Part shown: positions 39,829 through 50,300 of the stretch, piece after piece
How the letters are laid out: each line of letters starts with the position of its first letter
Position numbering within the stretch: the first letter of the stretch is position 1
Assembly: GCA_963737655.1 (NCBI GenBank)
Contig: CAVTTN010000002.1
Span: 2,656,001 to 2,720,000 of the forward strand
Source: an uncultured Planctomycetota bacterium
GTDB lineage: Bacteria; Planctomycetota; Planctomycetia; Isosphaerales; Isosphaeraceae
Length of the DNA: 64,000 bases
Direction: 5' to 3'
The notes under the pieces: generated by a model
What the model saw: the letters and a program-made list of their open reading frames with translations, nothing else
Told to the model about the DNA's origin: nothing
Database searches by the model: none
Program-made: the position numbers and the translations under genes

Positions 39829-39890
39829 GGGGGGAATGGTGTCGGATCATCCTTCGGGGCGCCAAAGGATGATCCGACACCATTCCCCCC
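39829..39890. repeat. Long perfect palindrome (REP-like or terminator)
   Basis: 26-bp arms GGGGGGAATGGTGTCGGATCATCCTT / AAGGATGATCCGACACCATTCCCCCC with a 10-nt loop. Confidence 0.8.
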
Positions 39891-40099
39891 GTTCTCCATG
39901 ATGTTCAGCCGATGAATCCCGGATGAAGTATTGATTGACGCCATGGTGACCCACCGATAGTATGGGAATGGAGAATTCCAGGAGGGATCTCCGAGGCCAG
40001 CCCCGGCCGTTGTCTGGATTTCGCCCCGCCGCTTGCCTCCTCTCTCTCCCTCCTTTCGTCGGACATCGCTCGTCACGTCCTCCCCGGAGGCCCTCGGCC

Positions 40100-42008
40100 A
40101 TGAGTCTCTCGACGTCCCCATTCGGGCGGATCGGCGGGGGCCGCCCCGCCCTGCGCGTGGCCCTGGCGCTTGGCCTCCTTGGATTCGCGGCCGCCTCTCC
40201 AGGTGGCGAGCCCGACCCGAAGACGTACTGGGACGTCAAGGACGTCCGGCCCGGGATGAAGGGCGTGGGGCAGACGGTGATGGTCGGCACGAAGCTGGAG
40301 GAGTTCCGCGTCGAGATCCTCGGGGTGATGAAGGACGTGAGCCCCGGCCGAGACATGGTCCTGGCCCGGCTCAGCGGCTGCAACCTGGAGCACTCCGGGA
40401 TCATCCAGGGGATGAGCGGCAGCCCGGTCTATATCGATGGAAAACTCCTCGGCGCCGTGGCTTACGGCTGGGAGTTCGCCAAGGACCCGATCGCCGGGAT
40501 CACGCCGTTCTCGCAGATGGTCCAGTACGTCCGCTCCAATGACAAGAAGCTCGCCGCCGAGGCCCGCGAGGGTGCCCCCGCCGTGGCCTCGGCCGAGCCG
40601 GTCAAGCTGGAGGAGCCGTGGGAACTGGACCGGATTCCGTCGGTCGGGTCGTCCTCGGGATTCGCTCCCGGAGCGGTGTCCGGCGGCGGCCTGGCCGGGA
40701 TGAGGCCGATCGCAACGCCTCTGGCCGCTTCGGGTTTCTCCCCCCGGAGCCTGGCGCTGCTGGCCGAGAAGCTCGGCCCGCTCGGGATGGCCCCGATGGC
40801 CGGAGGAGCGGCCCAGGAGGACGTGATCCAGAAGGAGGGGGACCGCCCCCTCGGGCCCGGCTCGCCGCTGAGCGTGGCGATGGTCACCGGCGATTTCGAC
40901 CTCTCCGGCATCGGGACCGTCACCCACGTCGAGGGCAACCGCGTCTACGGCTTCGGCCACCCGATGATGGGCCTGGGCTCGTGCGAGCTGCCGATGATGA
41001 CCGGATACATCCACACGGTCTACCCCCGGGCCTCGGTCAGCATGAAGATGGGGTCGCCGCTCAAGACCGTCGGCGTGCTGGACACCGACGTCAGCACGGC
41101 CGTGGCCGGTCGAGTCGGCCCGAAGCCCGACATGCTCCCCATGACCGTCAAGGCCAAGGTCGGCCGCTACTCCGACCCTCGCACGTACAACGTGAAGATC
41201 GTCCGGGAGCCGAACCTCCTGCCGATGATGGTCATGAGCGTCCTGACCAACGCCATCGACACCGAGGGGAACCTGCCCGACGAGCTCGACGGCGCGGTTC
41301 TCGGCCACGATCTACCTGAAGGACCATCCGCCGATCGAGGTCCGGGACACCCTGAGCGGCCCGAGGTACTCCGGGGCGATGGGCCCGTCGATGCTGTTCA
41401 GCCCGGTGGCGAACCTGGTCAACATCCTCGTCCGCAACCCGATGGCGGCGATCCGGATCGAGCGGATCGAATGCGAGGTGGACGTCACGGCCGGCCGGAA
41501 GCTCGCGGAGGTCGAGGCCATCCGGCTGCATTCGGACCGCCTCGAACCGGGCCAATCGCTGAAGGCCGAGGTCACGATCAAGCCGTTCAAGGGGGAGCGG
41601 GAGACGGTGACCCTGGAATTGGGGCTCCCGCCCGACCTGCCCGAGGGGACGTATGAGGCGGCCCTCTGCGACGCCTCGAACAGCCTCCGCCGCCGGTTCC
41701 GCAACGAGCCCCACCTGCTGGAGCCTCGCGACCTGGACGGCGTGCTGCGGGTCGTCCGCCTGAACACATCCCCCAAACGGACCTCGCTCTACCTCCACGT
41801 CCCGAAGCCCGACCGAGGGCTGGCCGTCGAGGGCGAGGCCCTGCCCAGCCTGCCCGGGAGCGTCCGGGCGGCCTTCGGAGGCTCGAAGAAGACGCCCCAG
41901 GCCCCGGTCCGCGAAGACCTGATCGCGGAGACCGAGACGCCCTGGGTCGTCGAGGGGACGCAATCGGTGCGGTTCACCGTCGTCCGCGACGCCGAGCTCG
42001 CCAGATAG
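40100..42008 (+). CDS. SpoIVB/peptidase S55-domain protein; frameshift near 41289
   Basis: GIIQGMSGSPVYIDGKLLGAV and FGHP motifs. Removing one base gives ELTARFSATIYLKD and joins the 41379..42008 frame. Confidence 0.85.
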
Positions 42009-42172
42009 GCGCTCCGCGAAACGCGAGAACGGGGCCCGGGAGGAGCGCCACGCCTCGAAGTGGGTCGGTGACGATTTTGTGATTTCTCGCCATCATTACG
42101 GAGTCCTGACGAAATCCTCTTCGGAAGCTGCTACGGTCTTCACGACCCCTCCCCACCCAGGAGCCGACCGCC

Positions 42173-43057
42173 ATGACGCACCCACCCGGGGCCCAGCCCC
42201 TCTTTCGTCTTCTCCACCAGATCCGTTCCTTTCGCCGGGCCGATCCTCTGGTCCTGGTCAACGGGCTGGCCGAGCAGGCGGAGAGCTGGTTTGCCAACCG
42301 GGCGTCCTGGTCTCGGCGGTTCGACGTGAAGATGCCCGAGCTCCTGGTCTACGACGGAGACGTCCTCCACCGCCACATCGCCTCGGGGGGCGAGGTGACG
42401 GTCTCCTACCTGGCCGATCGCCTGGCGACGTATCTGGATGAGTTCGTCCAGCACCCGCCCTATCACTTCGTCGGCTCCAGCCTGGGCGGCCAGGTCCTCC
42501 TGACCTATGCGTCGCGCCACCCCGAGAAGGTCGGCCGGATGGTCCTGATCTGCCCCTCGGGCATCCACGGCGAGGAGCATTTGCCGGTGATGGAAGGGGT
42601 CCGCCGGTCGCAATATGACTCGCTGGTGGGCTCGGTCTTCCATCATCGCAAGTTCGCGACGGACGAGCTGGTGGAGGCCCTGGCCCGGAAGTTCGCCGAT
42701 CGCCGGTGGAAGACGGGCGTCCTCCGGACGCTCCGAGGCACCGTCGAGAATACGGTGGCGCCTCTCCTGGACGGGGTCCGCGTCCCCTGCCTGTTCGTCT
42801 GGGGGGCCGACGACCGGGTGATCGCCGACGTCCCCGGGGCGATCCGGGCCGTCTCGCGGATGCCGACGTCCCGCCAGGTCGTGATCCCCCGATGCGGCCA
42901 TGCCCCCCAGATCGAGAGGGCCCGGCTCGTCAACGCCCTGGTCGAGCGGTTCCTCCGGGGCAAGCTTGGTGCGGTCCATCCGAACCTCGATCCGGCCCGG
43001 TTCCTCCGCGAGAAGGGCCTGGCCAAGCTCCCGACCCGGGCGGCGGTGGCCCGATGA
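42173..43057 (+). CDS. Alpha/beta hydrolase
   Basis: GSSLGG nucleophile elbow, WGADD and CGHAPQIE. Confidence 0.9.
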   Translation: MTHPPGAQPLFRLLHQIRSFRRADPLVLVNGLAEQAESWFANRASWSRRFDVKMPELLVYDGDVLHRHIASGGEVTVSYLADRLATYLDEFVQHPPYHFVGSSLGGQVLLTYASRHPEKVGRMVLICPSGIHGEEHLPVMEGVRRSQYDSLVGSVFHHRKFATDELVEALARKFADRRWKTGVLRTLRGTVENTVAPLLDGVRVPCLFVWGADDRVIADVPGAIRAVSRMPTSRQVVIPRCGHAPQIERARLVNALVERFLRGKLGAVHPNLDPARFLREKGLAKLPTRAAVAR

Positions 43058-43632
43058 GCGACCTCACCCTGTTCTTCGGCAAGTTCCTCCGCCACGGGAC
43101 GAAGATCGCCAGCCTCGCCCCCAGCAGCCGGTGGCTCGCCCAGACCACGATCCGGGGGATCGACTGGACTTCGGCGAAGGCCGTCGTCGAACTCGGCGCC
43201 GGTACGGGACCGATCACCCGGGCCATCGCCGACAGGATGGCCCCGGGCTGCCGATTGCTCGCCCTGGAACGAGACCCGGACTTCGCCCGGCTCCTCCGCG
43301 ACCGCTTCGACGGCCGCGAGGGGGTCGAGATCCTCCAGGCCGACTCCCGGGACCTCGGGGCCATCCTCGCCGATCGCGGCCTGGACCGGGTCGATCACGT
43401 CGTCTCCGGCCTGCCCGTCCCGTCGTTCCCGGAGGATTCGCGACGGGACCTCTTCCGGGTGGTCGAGCGGTGCCTCGACCCCAACGGCTCGTTCCGGCAG
43501 ATCACCGAGCTCGCCTGGGTCTATCAGGGCCTCTATCGCCGGTTCTTCGAGGACGTGAAATTCGTCTTCGAGCCGAGGAATTTCCCTCCCTCGGGCGCGT
43601 ACCACTGCCGTAAGATCAAGCCGGTGTCGTGA
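43054..43632 (+). CDS. SAM-dependent lipid N-methyltransferase (PmtA/OlsG-like)
   Basis: IASLAPSS, VVELGAGTGPIT, VVSGLP and RNFPP motifs; ATGA overlap with the hydrolase. Confidence 0.85.
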   Translation: MSDLTLFFGKFLRHGTKIASLAPSSRWLAQTTIRGIDWTSAKAVVELGAGTGPITRAIADRMAPGCRLLALERDPDFARLLRDRFDGREGVEILQADSRDLGAILADRGLDRVDHVVSGLPVPSFPEDSRRDLFRVVERCLDPNGSFRQITELAWVYQGLYRRFFEDVKFVFEPRNFPPSGAYHCRKIKPVS

Positions 43633-43665
43633 TTCCGAGGGACGCCCGCTCTCCGTGGTAGCCTC

Positions 43666-43944
43666 ATGAACGAGATCCCCGACCGATCCAAGGATGACTC
43701 GGAAACGGCAATGACGCCCCGGGCCCTTTGTCCTTCCTGCGGGGGCGGGCAGATCGTGGGAGGGCTGAGGATCGGCTTGAAGGGCCAGGCCGAGGCGGTC
43801 GGAATTGTCTGCGAGGAGAAGGGGCGATGGACGGGCATCGGGTGGCAGGACTGGGAGCCGTTGCGAGTCGATCTCTGCTCCTCGTGCGGGACGGTGGTCC
43901 GATTCTATGTCGAGCGGGCTGACCGGACCTGGGCCGCGGCTTGA
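43666..43944 (+). CDS. Small zinc-ribbon-like hypothetical protein
   Basis: CPSCG...CSSCG pair. Confidence 0.65.
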   Translation: MNEIPDRSKDDSETAMTPRALCPSCGGGQIVGGLRIGLKGQAEAVGIVCEEKGRWTGIGWQDWEPLRVDLCSSCGTVVRFYVERADRTWAAA

Positions 43945-44089
43945 GCGAACGCTCGGGCACGCCTTCCCGAGTTCCCTGGAGAACCGAACCCTTTGCGATG
44001 ACGTTCGTTAGGCTGAAGAGAGTGCTACGCAAGCCGGTCCTCTGAGATCGGTTATTCGACCTCCCGACTCTCCCCGGGGTGTCCCCACC

Positions 44090-45655
44090 GTGTTCCACCT
44101 GATCGCCGGGGCCCGGTTGACCCGGGCCGTCGTCAACGCCGCGTTCGCCTCGTGGAGCCGCCAGAGGATCGCCTCGATCGCGCGGGCCGACCCCGTCGCC
44201 GTCCAGCGACGGACCCTCCTCGACCTGGTGAAGACCGCTTCCTCGACCGCTTTTGGCCGCGATCACGGCTTCTCCCGAATCCGAACCGTCGAGGACTTTC
44301 AAAAGGCCGTCCCTTTAAGGACTTACGAGGAATTCTGGGCCGCCTATCTCCAGAAGGACCATCCGGTCTACGAAGACCTCGCCTGGCCGGGGCGAATCCC
44401 CTATCTCGCCCTGACCAGCGGGACGACTCAGGGGGCGACGAAATACATCCCGGTGTCCCGGGCCATGTTGCGGTCGAACTTGCTGGCCTCCAAGACGATG
44501 CTCGCGGCGCATGTGGCCGATGGGGTCGCCTCTCGCCTGTTCCAGGGCAAGATGTTCTTCCTCGGAGGCTCGACGGCCCTCGAAGAGGTGGCGCCGGGCG
44601 TCCACCAGGGGGATTTAAGCGGGATCGTGGCCCGGGAGGTCCCCTCGACGACCCGCCCTTACACCTTTCCTCCGCTCGACCTGGCCCTCGAATCGGACTG
44701 GGACCGCAAGCTCAACCTGCTGGCCGAACGGAGTTTGCGAGAACCGATCACCCTGGTCGGCGGCGTGCCGAGCTGGCTCCTCCTGCTCTTTGAAAAGCTC
44801 CGCAACCTCAGCGGCAAGGCGACGATCGGCGAAATCTGGCCGAAACTGGAGCTGGTCGTCCACGGAGGGGTCAAGTTCGACCCCTACCGCCGGGCGTTCG
44901 CCGAGGTGCTGGGATCGCCGAGGATCGGCCTGGTCGATGCGTATGCCTGTTCCGAGGGGTTCATCGGCTTCAGCGACCCTCGGGGCGAGGCCCTCCGGCT
45001 GGTCTTCGATCACGGGATCTTCTTCGAATTCGTCCCGACGACGGAGCTTGGCTCCGATCGACCGACGAGGCACTGGCTGGCGGATGTCCAGACCGGGGTT
45101 GAGTATGCGATCGTCGTCTCCACGTGCGCCGGGATGTGGGGGCACGTCATCGGCGACACGGTCCGGTTCGAATCGACGAGGCCGCCGCGACTGGTCTTCA
45201 CCGGCCGGACGAAATACTCGCTCTCGGCGTTCGGCGAGCACCTGATCAACGAGGAGATCGAGGCGGCGATCGCCGAGGCGGCCGGGGCGACGTCGGCGAG
45301 CGTCCGCGACTGGCACGCCGGCCCGGTGTTCGCCGGGGCTCTGGGGCATCACCTGTTCGTGGTCGAGTTCGACCGCGACCCGGCCGACCCGTCGGCGTTC
45401 CGCGACGTCCTCGACGAATCGCTCCGCCGCCGGAACGAGGATTACCGGGCCCACCGGGCCGACGGCGTAGGGCTGCCCCGCCCGGCCCTGATCGTGGCCA
45501 GCCCCGGAGGATTCGCGGCCTGGATGAAGTCGCGGGGGAAGCTCGGCGGCCAGAATAAAGTACCCCGGATGGACGGCTCCGGCACCTTGACCGCCGGCCT
45601 CGCCTCGTTTTTGGCCGAGGCGGGGCAGGTCGGCGCCGAGGTGGGAACCGAGTGA
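44090..45655 (+). CDS. GH3-family acyl-adenylate/amido synthetase
   Basis: ALTSGTTQGATKYIP, YACSEGF, IGDTVRF, FTGRTK and GGQNKVPR. Confidence 0.9.
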   Translation: MFHLIAGARLTRAVVNAAFASWSRQRIASIARADPVAVQRRTLLDLVKTASSTAFGRDHGFSRIRTVEDFQKAVPLRTYEEFWAAYLQKDHPVYEDLAWPGRIPYLALTSGTTQGATKYIPVSRAMLRSNLLASKTMLAAHVADGVASRLFQGKMFFLGGSTALEEVAPGVHQGDLSGIVAREVPSTTRPYTFPPLDLALESDWDRKLNLLAERSLREPITLVGGVPSWLLLLFEKLRNLSGKATIGEIWPKLELVVHGGVKFDPYRRAFAEVLGSPRIGLVDAYACSEGFIGFSDPRGEALRLVFDHGIFFEFVPTTELGSDRPTRHWLADVQTGVEYAIVVSTCAGMWGHVIGDTVRFESTRPPRLVFTGRTKYSLSAFGEHLINEEIEAAIAEAAGATSASVRDWHAGPVFAGALGHHLFVVEFDRDPADPSAFRDVLDESLRRRNEDYRAHRADGVGLPRPALIVASPGGFAAWMKSRGKLGGQNKVPRMDGSGTLTAGLASFLAEAGQVGAEVGTE

Positions 45656-45675
45656 GTGCCTGTCGTTAGGGCGAC

Positions 45676-46221
45676 TCAGTCCTTCCAGGTCGGAGTCTGG
45701 TTGGGAGGGATCGGCACGCCCTGGCCGAAAACCCCGGATCGTGGGGTGAATGGCCCAAGCACCCTTTTGCCCATCGTCAGTTCGTTGTCGTTGCGGAAGC
45801 CCAGGACCGACATCGCCCAGTCTCTCCAGTCGGCGAAGGTCGCACCCGGCCCGCTCGGCGGAGGGCTCCACTCACCCATCGCGCCCGCCCGGAAGGTGCA
45901 CAGGGCGAGGACGAAGCCGATCCCGAGGACCGCGTACGTCATCGATCGGTGCAATCGACCCGAGGAGAACGCCTTCTGGCCGACCGGGCAATCGGCCGTG
46001 AGGACCGTTCCGTCTCGCCGGCGGTAGAGCCTCATGCAGGGCTCGCCCTGGGTCTCGCGGATCAGGTCGGAGACCTCGGCCGATGTGAGCGCCGAGATGT
46101 TGTACACGTGTTTCTCGCAAAGCGAACAAAACCGGGCCCGGTCGTCGCCGGCCATCGCGTTCCAGGACGCCTTGCAGGGCGAGGCGATCTGGAGGTCGTG
46201 AACCTGGTCGATCGTGCCCAT
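45676..46221 (-). CDS. Hypothetical membrane protein with a Cys-rich N-terminal motif
   Basis: SPCKASWNAM.GDDRARFCSLCEKHV...CMRLYRRRDG...DCP, followed by one TM helix. Confidence 0.75.
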   Translation of the reverse strand: MGTIDQVHDLQIASPCKASWNAMAGDDRARFCSLCEKHVYNISALTSAEVSDLIRETQGEPCMRLYRRRDGTVLTADCPVGQKAFSSGRLHRSMTYAVLGIGFVLALCTFRAGAMGEWSPPPSGPGATFADWRDWAMSVLGFRNDNELTMGKRVLGPFTPRSGVFGQGVPIPPNQTPTWKD

Positions 46222-46418
46222 CGCGGCGGCCCTCCCGGGTTCCCTATTGTCCGATCTGCCTGTGTCTACGTCCGAGACGCCCGATTCTTGGGGGAAATTC
46301 GCCGAAAAACCGGGGGCGGCCCCGGTTCGGCGGATTCTCGGCTTGACCCGATCCCGGACAATGGGACATTTCCCGCTCTGCGGAATGGCGGACCCCCAAG
46401 CTGGCGAGGAGGCTGGTC

Positions 46419-47261
46419 ATGATTCTCGGATGGATCGGGATCGCGGTCGCGGTCGGATCAATCGGCATGGAAGGCCCGCCGACCGAGGCGGTCAAGGCGG
46501 AGATGGCGAAGCTCCAGGGGACCTGGACGCTCGTCTCGGCGAAAACCGACGGCAAGGACGTCGAGTCCGACCCGGGCCGGCCGATCAAGGTCGTGATCGC
46601 CGAGGCCACGTTCTCCGTGTTCGCCGGCGATCAACAGGTCGTCAAGAACATCAAGTTCGAGATCGACCCGACGAAGTCCCCCAAGGAGGTCACGGACACC
46701 CTGCCCGGCCCCGACGGCGAGGTCACGTTGATCCGGGGGATCTACAAGCTCGAAGGCGACTCGCTCACGTCCTGCGTCGGCTCGCCCGGGGGCGAACGGC
46801 CGAAGGAGTTCTCGGCCGCCGCCGGGACGGGCCAGACGATCCGGGCCTTCCGCCGCGAGACCCCCGCCGTCGAGGAGCCCGAGGCGACGAAGAAGGAGCG
46901 GGCGAAGTTCAACGGCGAATGGAAGTTCGAGTCGATCGAGGCCGAAGGGCAGGCCCTTCCGCTCAAGGCCCTGGCCAGCTCCCGCCTGATCCTCAAGGGG
47001 AAGGAGTTCGTCCTCAAGAGCGATCAGGGGGATTACGGCGGCACCTACGAGGTGGATGCCTCGAAGACCCCCAAGACGATCGACGTCCACTTCACCACCG
47101 GCCCCGAAGCCGGGACCACCGCCAAAGGGATCTACGAACTCGACGACGAGACCTACAAGGTCTGCATGGCCGTCGGCGGGAAGGCCGAGAGGCCCAAGGA
47201 GTTCGCCGCCAAGCCGGGCAGCGGGTTCGTCCTGGAAGTGTTGAAGAAGGTGAAGCCGTAG
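46419..47261 (+). CDS. Tandem TIGR03067 (Planctomycetes uncharacterised) domain protein
   Basis: Two copies of (L/F)xGxW...D..K.PK...GIY.L....C.....RPKEF. Confidence 0.88.
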   Translation: MILGWIGIAVAVGSIGMEGPPTEAVKAEMAKLQGTWTLVSAKTDGKDVESDPGRPIKVVIAEATFSVFAGDQQVVKNIKFEIDPTKSPKEVTDTLPGPDGEVTLIRGIYKLEGDSLTSCVGSPGGERPKEFSAAAGTGQTIRAFRRETPAVEEPEATKKERAKFNGEWKFESIEAEGQALPLKALASSRLILKGKEFVLKSDQGDYGGTYEVDASKTPKTIDVHFTTGPEAGTTAKGIYELDDETYKVCMAVGGKAERPKEFAAKPGSGFVLEVLKKVKP

Positions 47262-47285
47262 GGAACGCGTCCTTCCGCGGTTCGT

Positions 47286-47332
47286 GTCAGTTGTCAGAGG
47301 GAAGAGCAGGTCGTTCACCTCTGACAACTGAC
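47286..47332. terminator. Hairpin between convergent genes
   Basis: 15-bp perfect inverted repeat GTCAGTTGTCAGAGG / CCTCTGACAACTGAC. Confidence 0.6.
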
Positions 47333-47354
47333 CACGTCTGTTGCGACGGCGAGA

Positions 47355-50300
47355 TCAACCGCCCGGGATGTCTCCCGCGGTGTTGATGCCGTTGAAGATG
47401 GTCCCCTGGGCCGTCCTTGCGGAAGAACTGGTGCTCCCGCTGACGATCCCGTTGGAGGCCGAGGCGTTGGCCGCTTGCAGGAAGGTCAGGACGGTGTAGT
47501 TGGTGTTGTTGCTCAGGCCGAAGGCCGAGCCGTTGGAGCCGGTGTTGTAGGTCTTTCCGCCGGCACCGGTGGAGTTGACGGTGAATTTGTAGGACGAGGC
47601 GGCCGTCCCGGCGAGGTCGCTATCGGTCACGTAGGTGGCCAGGGCGACGGCCATGACCTGGGCCTCCACCTTGTCTCCGCTGGCGTTCTTGAGCTTGACG
47701 AAGTAGGCGGCGACGTCGGTATTGGTCTTCAGGTTCAGCGAGGCCGGGAACAGATTCGGATAGCTACTGGTGAGCCAGGTCGCCAGGTTCGTGGCGCTTG
47801 TGCCTCCGTTGAGCGACTTGATCAGGGCCTGGCCGTTGTTGTTCGCCCAGTATCCGATCGTGGCGGTGTCGCCGCAGGACAGCGGCTTGGCCTGGGTGCA
47901 CGACGAGAACTTGATCTCGCCGAAATCATATTCGACGCCCGAGTTGCCCGATCCCAGGGCGATCGAGTTGATCGCCAACGAGCCGCTGAGCTTGCCGTCG
48001 GTCGAGCCGTTGACGGTGCCGACGTTGTTGCCGGTCTTGGTGTAGCCGGCCGGCTCGGTCTCGGTGACGGTGTAGGTGCCGGGCCGGAGGCCGCCGAAGC
48101 TGTAGGAGCCGTCGCTCGCCGTGGCCGTCGAAGCCGAGACGGCGTGGCCGAGGTCATCGGTGCCGGTCAGCTTGATCGTGACGTTGTTCAGGCCCGATTC
48201 GCCGGTGTCGCGGTTGCCGTCGGAGTTGGAGTCGAGGAAGGCGAAGCCCGAGACGGCGGCCGGGCGGAGTTCGCCGAAGTCGTATTCGAAGCCGTCCACC
48301 GCCCCGCCGGCCAGGTTCAGGGTGATCGCGGAGATCGTGTCCACGCCGACGGCCCCGGCCGTGCCCCCGGCGGTCCCGGCGGTGTTCTTGCCTTCGAGGT
48401 AGCTCGACGGCTGGGTCTCGACCAGCGTGTACGTCCCCGAGGGCAGGCCCGAGAACGAGTACGAGCCGTCGCTCGCGGTGGTCGTCGTGGCGATCGGCGT
48501 ACCGGAGGCGGTCTGGAGGGTCACGGTCACGCCCGAGATCCCCGTCTCGGTGGCGTTCCTGACCCCCGAGTCGTTCGCATCGACGTAGACATAGCCGGAG
48601 AGGATGCCGGCGGCCTGGCTCCCGCCGTTGTCGGCGCTGATCAGCCGGCCCTGGGGCGTGTAGAAGATGTTGCTGCCGGCCGGGCCGAGCTGGTCGATGG
48701 CCTGGCCGCAGACGAAATCGACCTGGAAATAGCTGCTGGGCACGTGGACCGTCAGCGAGTACGTCCCGCTGTTGGGCCCCGGGGCGAAGGAGCCGGTCGA
48801 GTCGGCGTAGATCGTCTGCTGGCTCGCCGTGTTGGCGTCGAACGACGAGCCCGGCGCCACGTAGCTGACCAGCGAAAGCTGCGTGGTGTAGGTGCCGGTG
48901 ATCTTGAAGTAGGCCGTGACGGTGTCGCCCTGGGTCACGTGGCCGCGGAGGTCCGTGACCGTCTGCGTCCCCTCGGGCCCGCTGATCACGAACGACAGGC
49001 TGGTGACCGAGCCGGCGCACGGGCAGACCATGTACTGGTCGAAGTCGTTATTGCCGTAGGTGGCCCCGAGCGTGGTGGCCGCCACCGAGTAGAAGGGCGA
49101 ATTGGTCGGGGCGGTCAGGAGGTAGTTATTCGGCACCGTCTCCTGGACGAGGTAGGACCCCGGCGAGACGTTGGTGAAGCTGTAGTAGCCGGTGGTGGCG
49201 TCGCTGGTGGCCGTCTTGACCACGGTGTCGCCCGCGTCGATCTGGCCGTCGTGGTTGTTGTCGGAGTAGAGCGTGACGGTCAGGCCGCCGAACGCCTTGT
49301 CGTCGGAGGTCAGGCCGTTGCCCGTGGTGTCGAGATAGGTCGTCCCGCTGATGGTGATCGGCAGGAGCTCGCCGAAGTTGTTGTTGATCCCGGACGTCCC
49401 GGCGGCGATCGGGCTGGCGGTCAGGACGTCATTGCCGGTGGTCCCGCCCTCGGAGCCGATCGCGTCCTTGCCGTCGGCGTAGCCGGCCGGCTGGGTCTCG
49501 GTCAGGACGTAGGTGCCGGGCCGGAGGTTCGGGAAGCTGTAGAAGCCGTTGGCGTCGGTCGTCGCCGCCGGCAGGGAGACGCTCTGGCCGCGGTCGTCGG
49601 TCCCGGTGAGAGTGACCTTCGCCCCGGAGATCGGCGTCTCGCCCGAGTCCTTGACACCGTTGTTGTTGGCGTCGAAGTAGACGTAGCCCGAGAGGCTCGC
49701 CGGCGCGAGCTCGCCGAAGTTGTTGTTGGGGGACGTGGCGTTCTGCACCACCCCGATCCCCGAGACGACGTCGGTGGCGTAGCTGCCGGCGATCACCGCG
49801 CCGTTCTTCGCGTCCAGCCCGTCGAGGTAGCCCGAGGGCTGGGTCTCGGTCACGGTGTACGTGCCGGGCCGCAGGCCGGTGAAGCTGTAGGAGCCGTCGG
49901 CGGCCGTCGTGGTCGTGGCCGAGGTGATGGCGCCGAGGTCGTTGGTGCCGGTCAGGGTCACCGACACGCCCTGGATCGGCGTCTCGCCCGAGTCCTTGAC
50001 GCCGTTGTCATTGGCATCGACGTAGACGTACCCGCTGAGCGCCCCGGGCTTCAGCTCGCCGAAGTTGTTGTTGGCGGAGGTGCCGCCCGAGGCGACGGTG
50101 AGGCTGCTGATGACGTCGCTGGTGTTGCTGCCGGCGATCGGGACGCCGTTCTTGGCATCGAGTCCGTCGAGATAGCCGATGGGCTGGGTCTCGGTGACGG
50201 TGTAGGTGCCGGGCCTCAGGCCGGTGAAGCTGTAGTTGCCGCTGGCGTCGGTGGTGGTGGTGACCGAGGTGAGGGCCCCCAGGTCGTTGGTGCCGGAGAG

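Noticed and set aside
41270..41300. Programmed ribosomal frameshifting at the broken genes
   Set aside because: No slippery heptamers were seen, the shift directions differ, and the genes are unrelated; sequencing indels are the simpler explanation.
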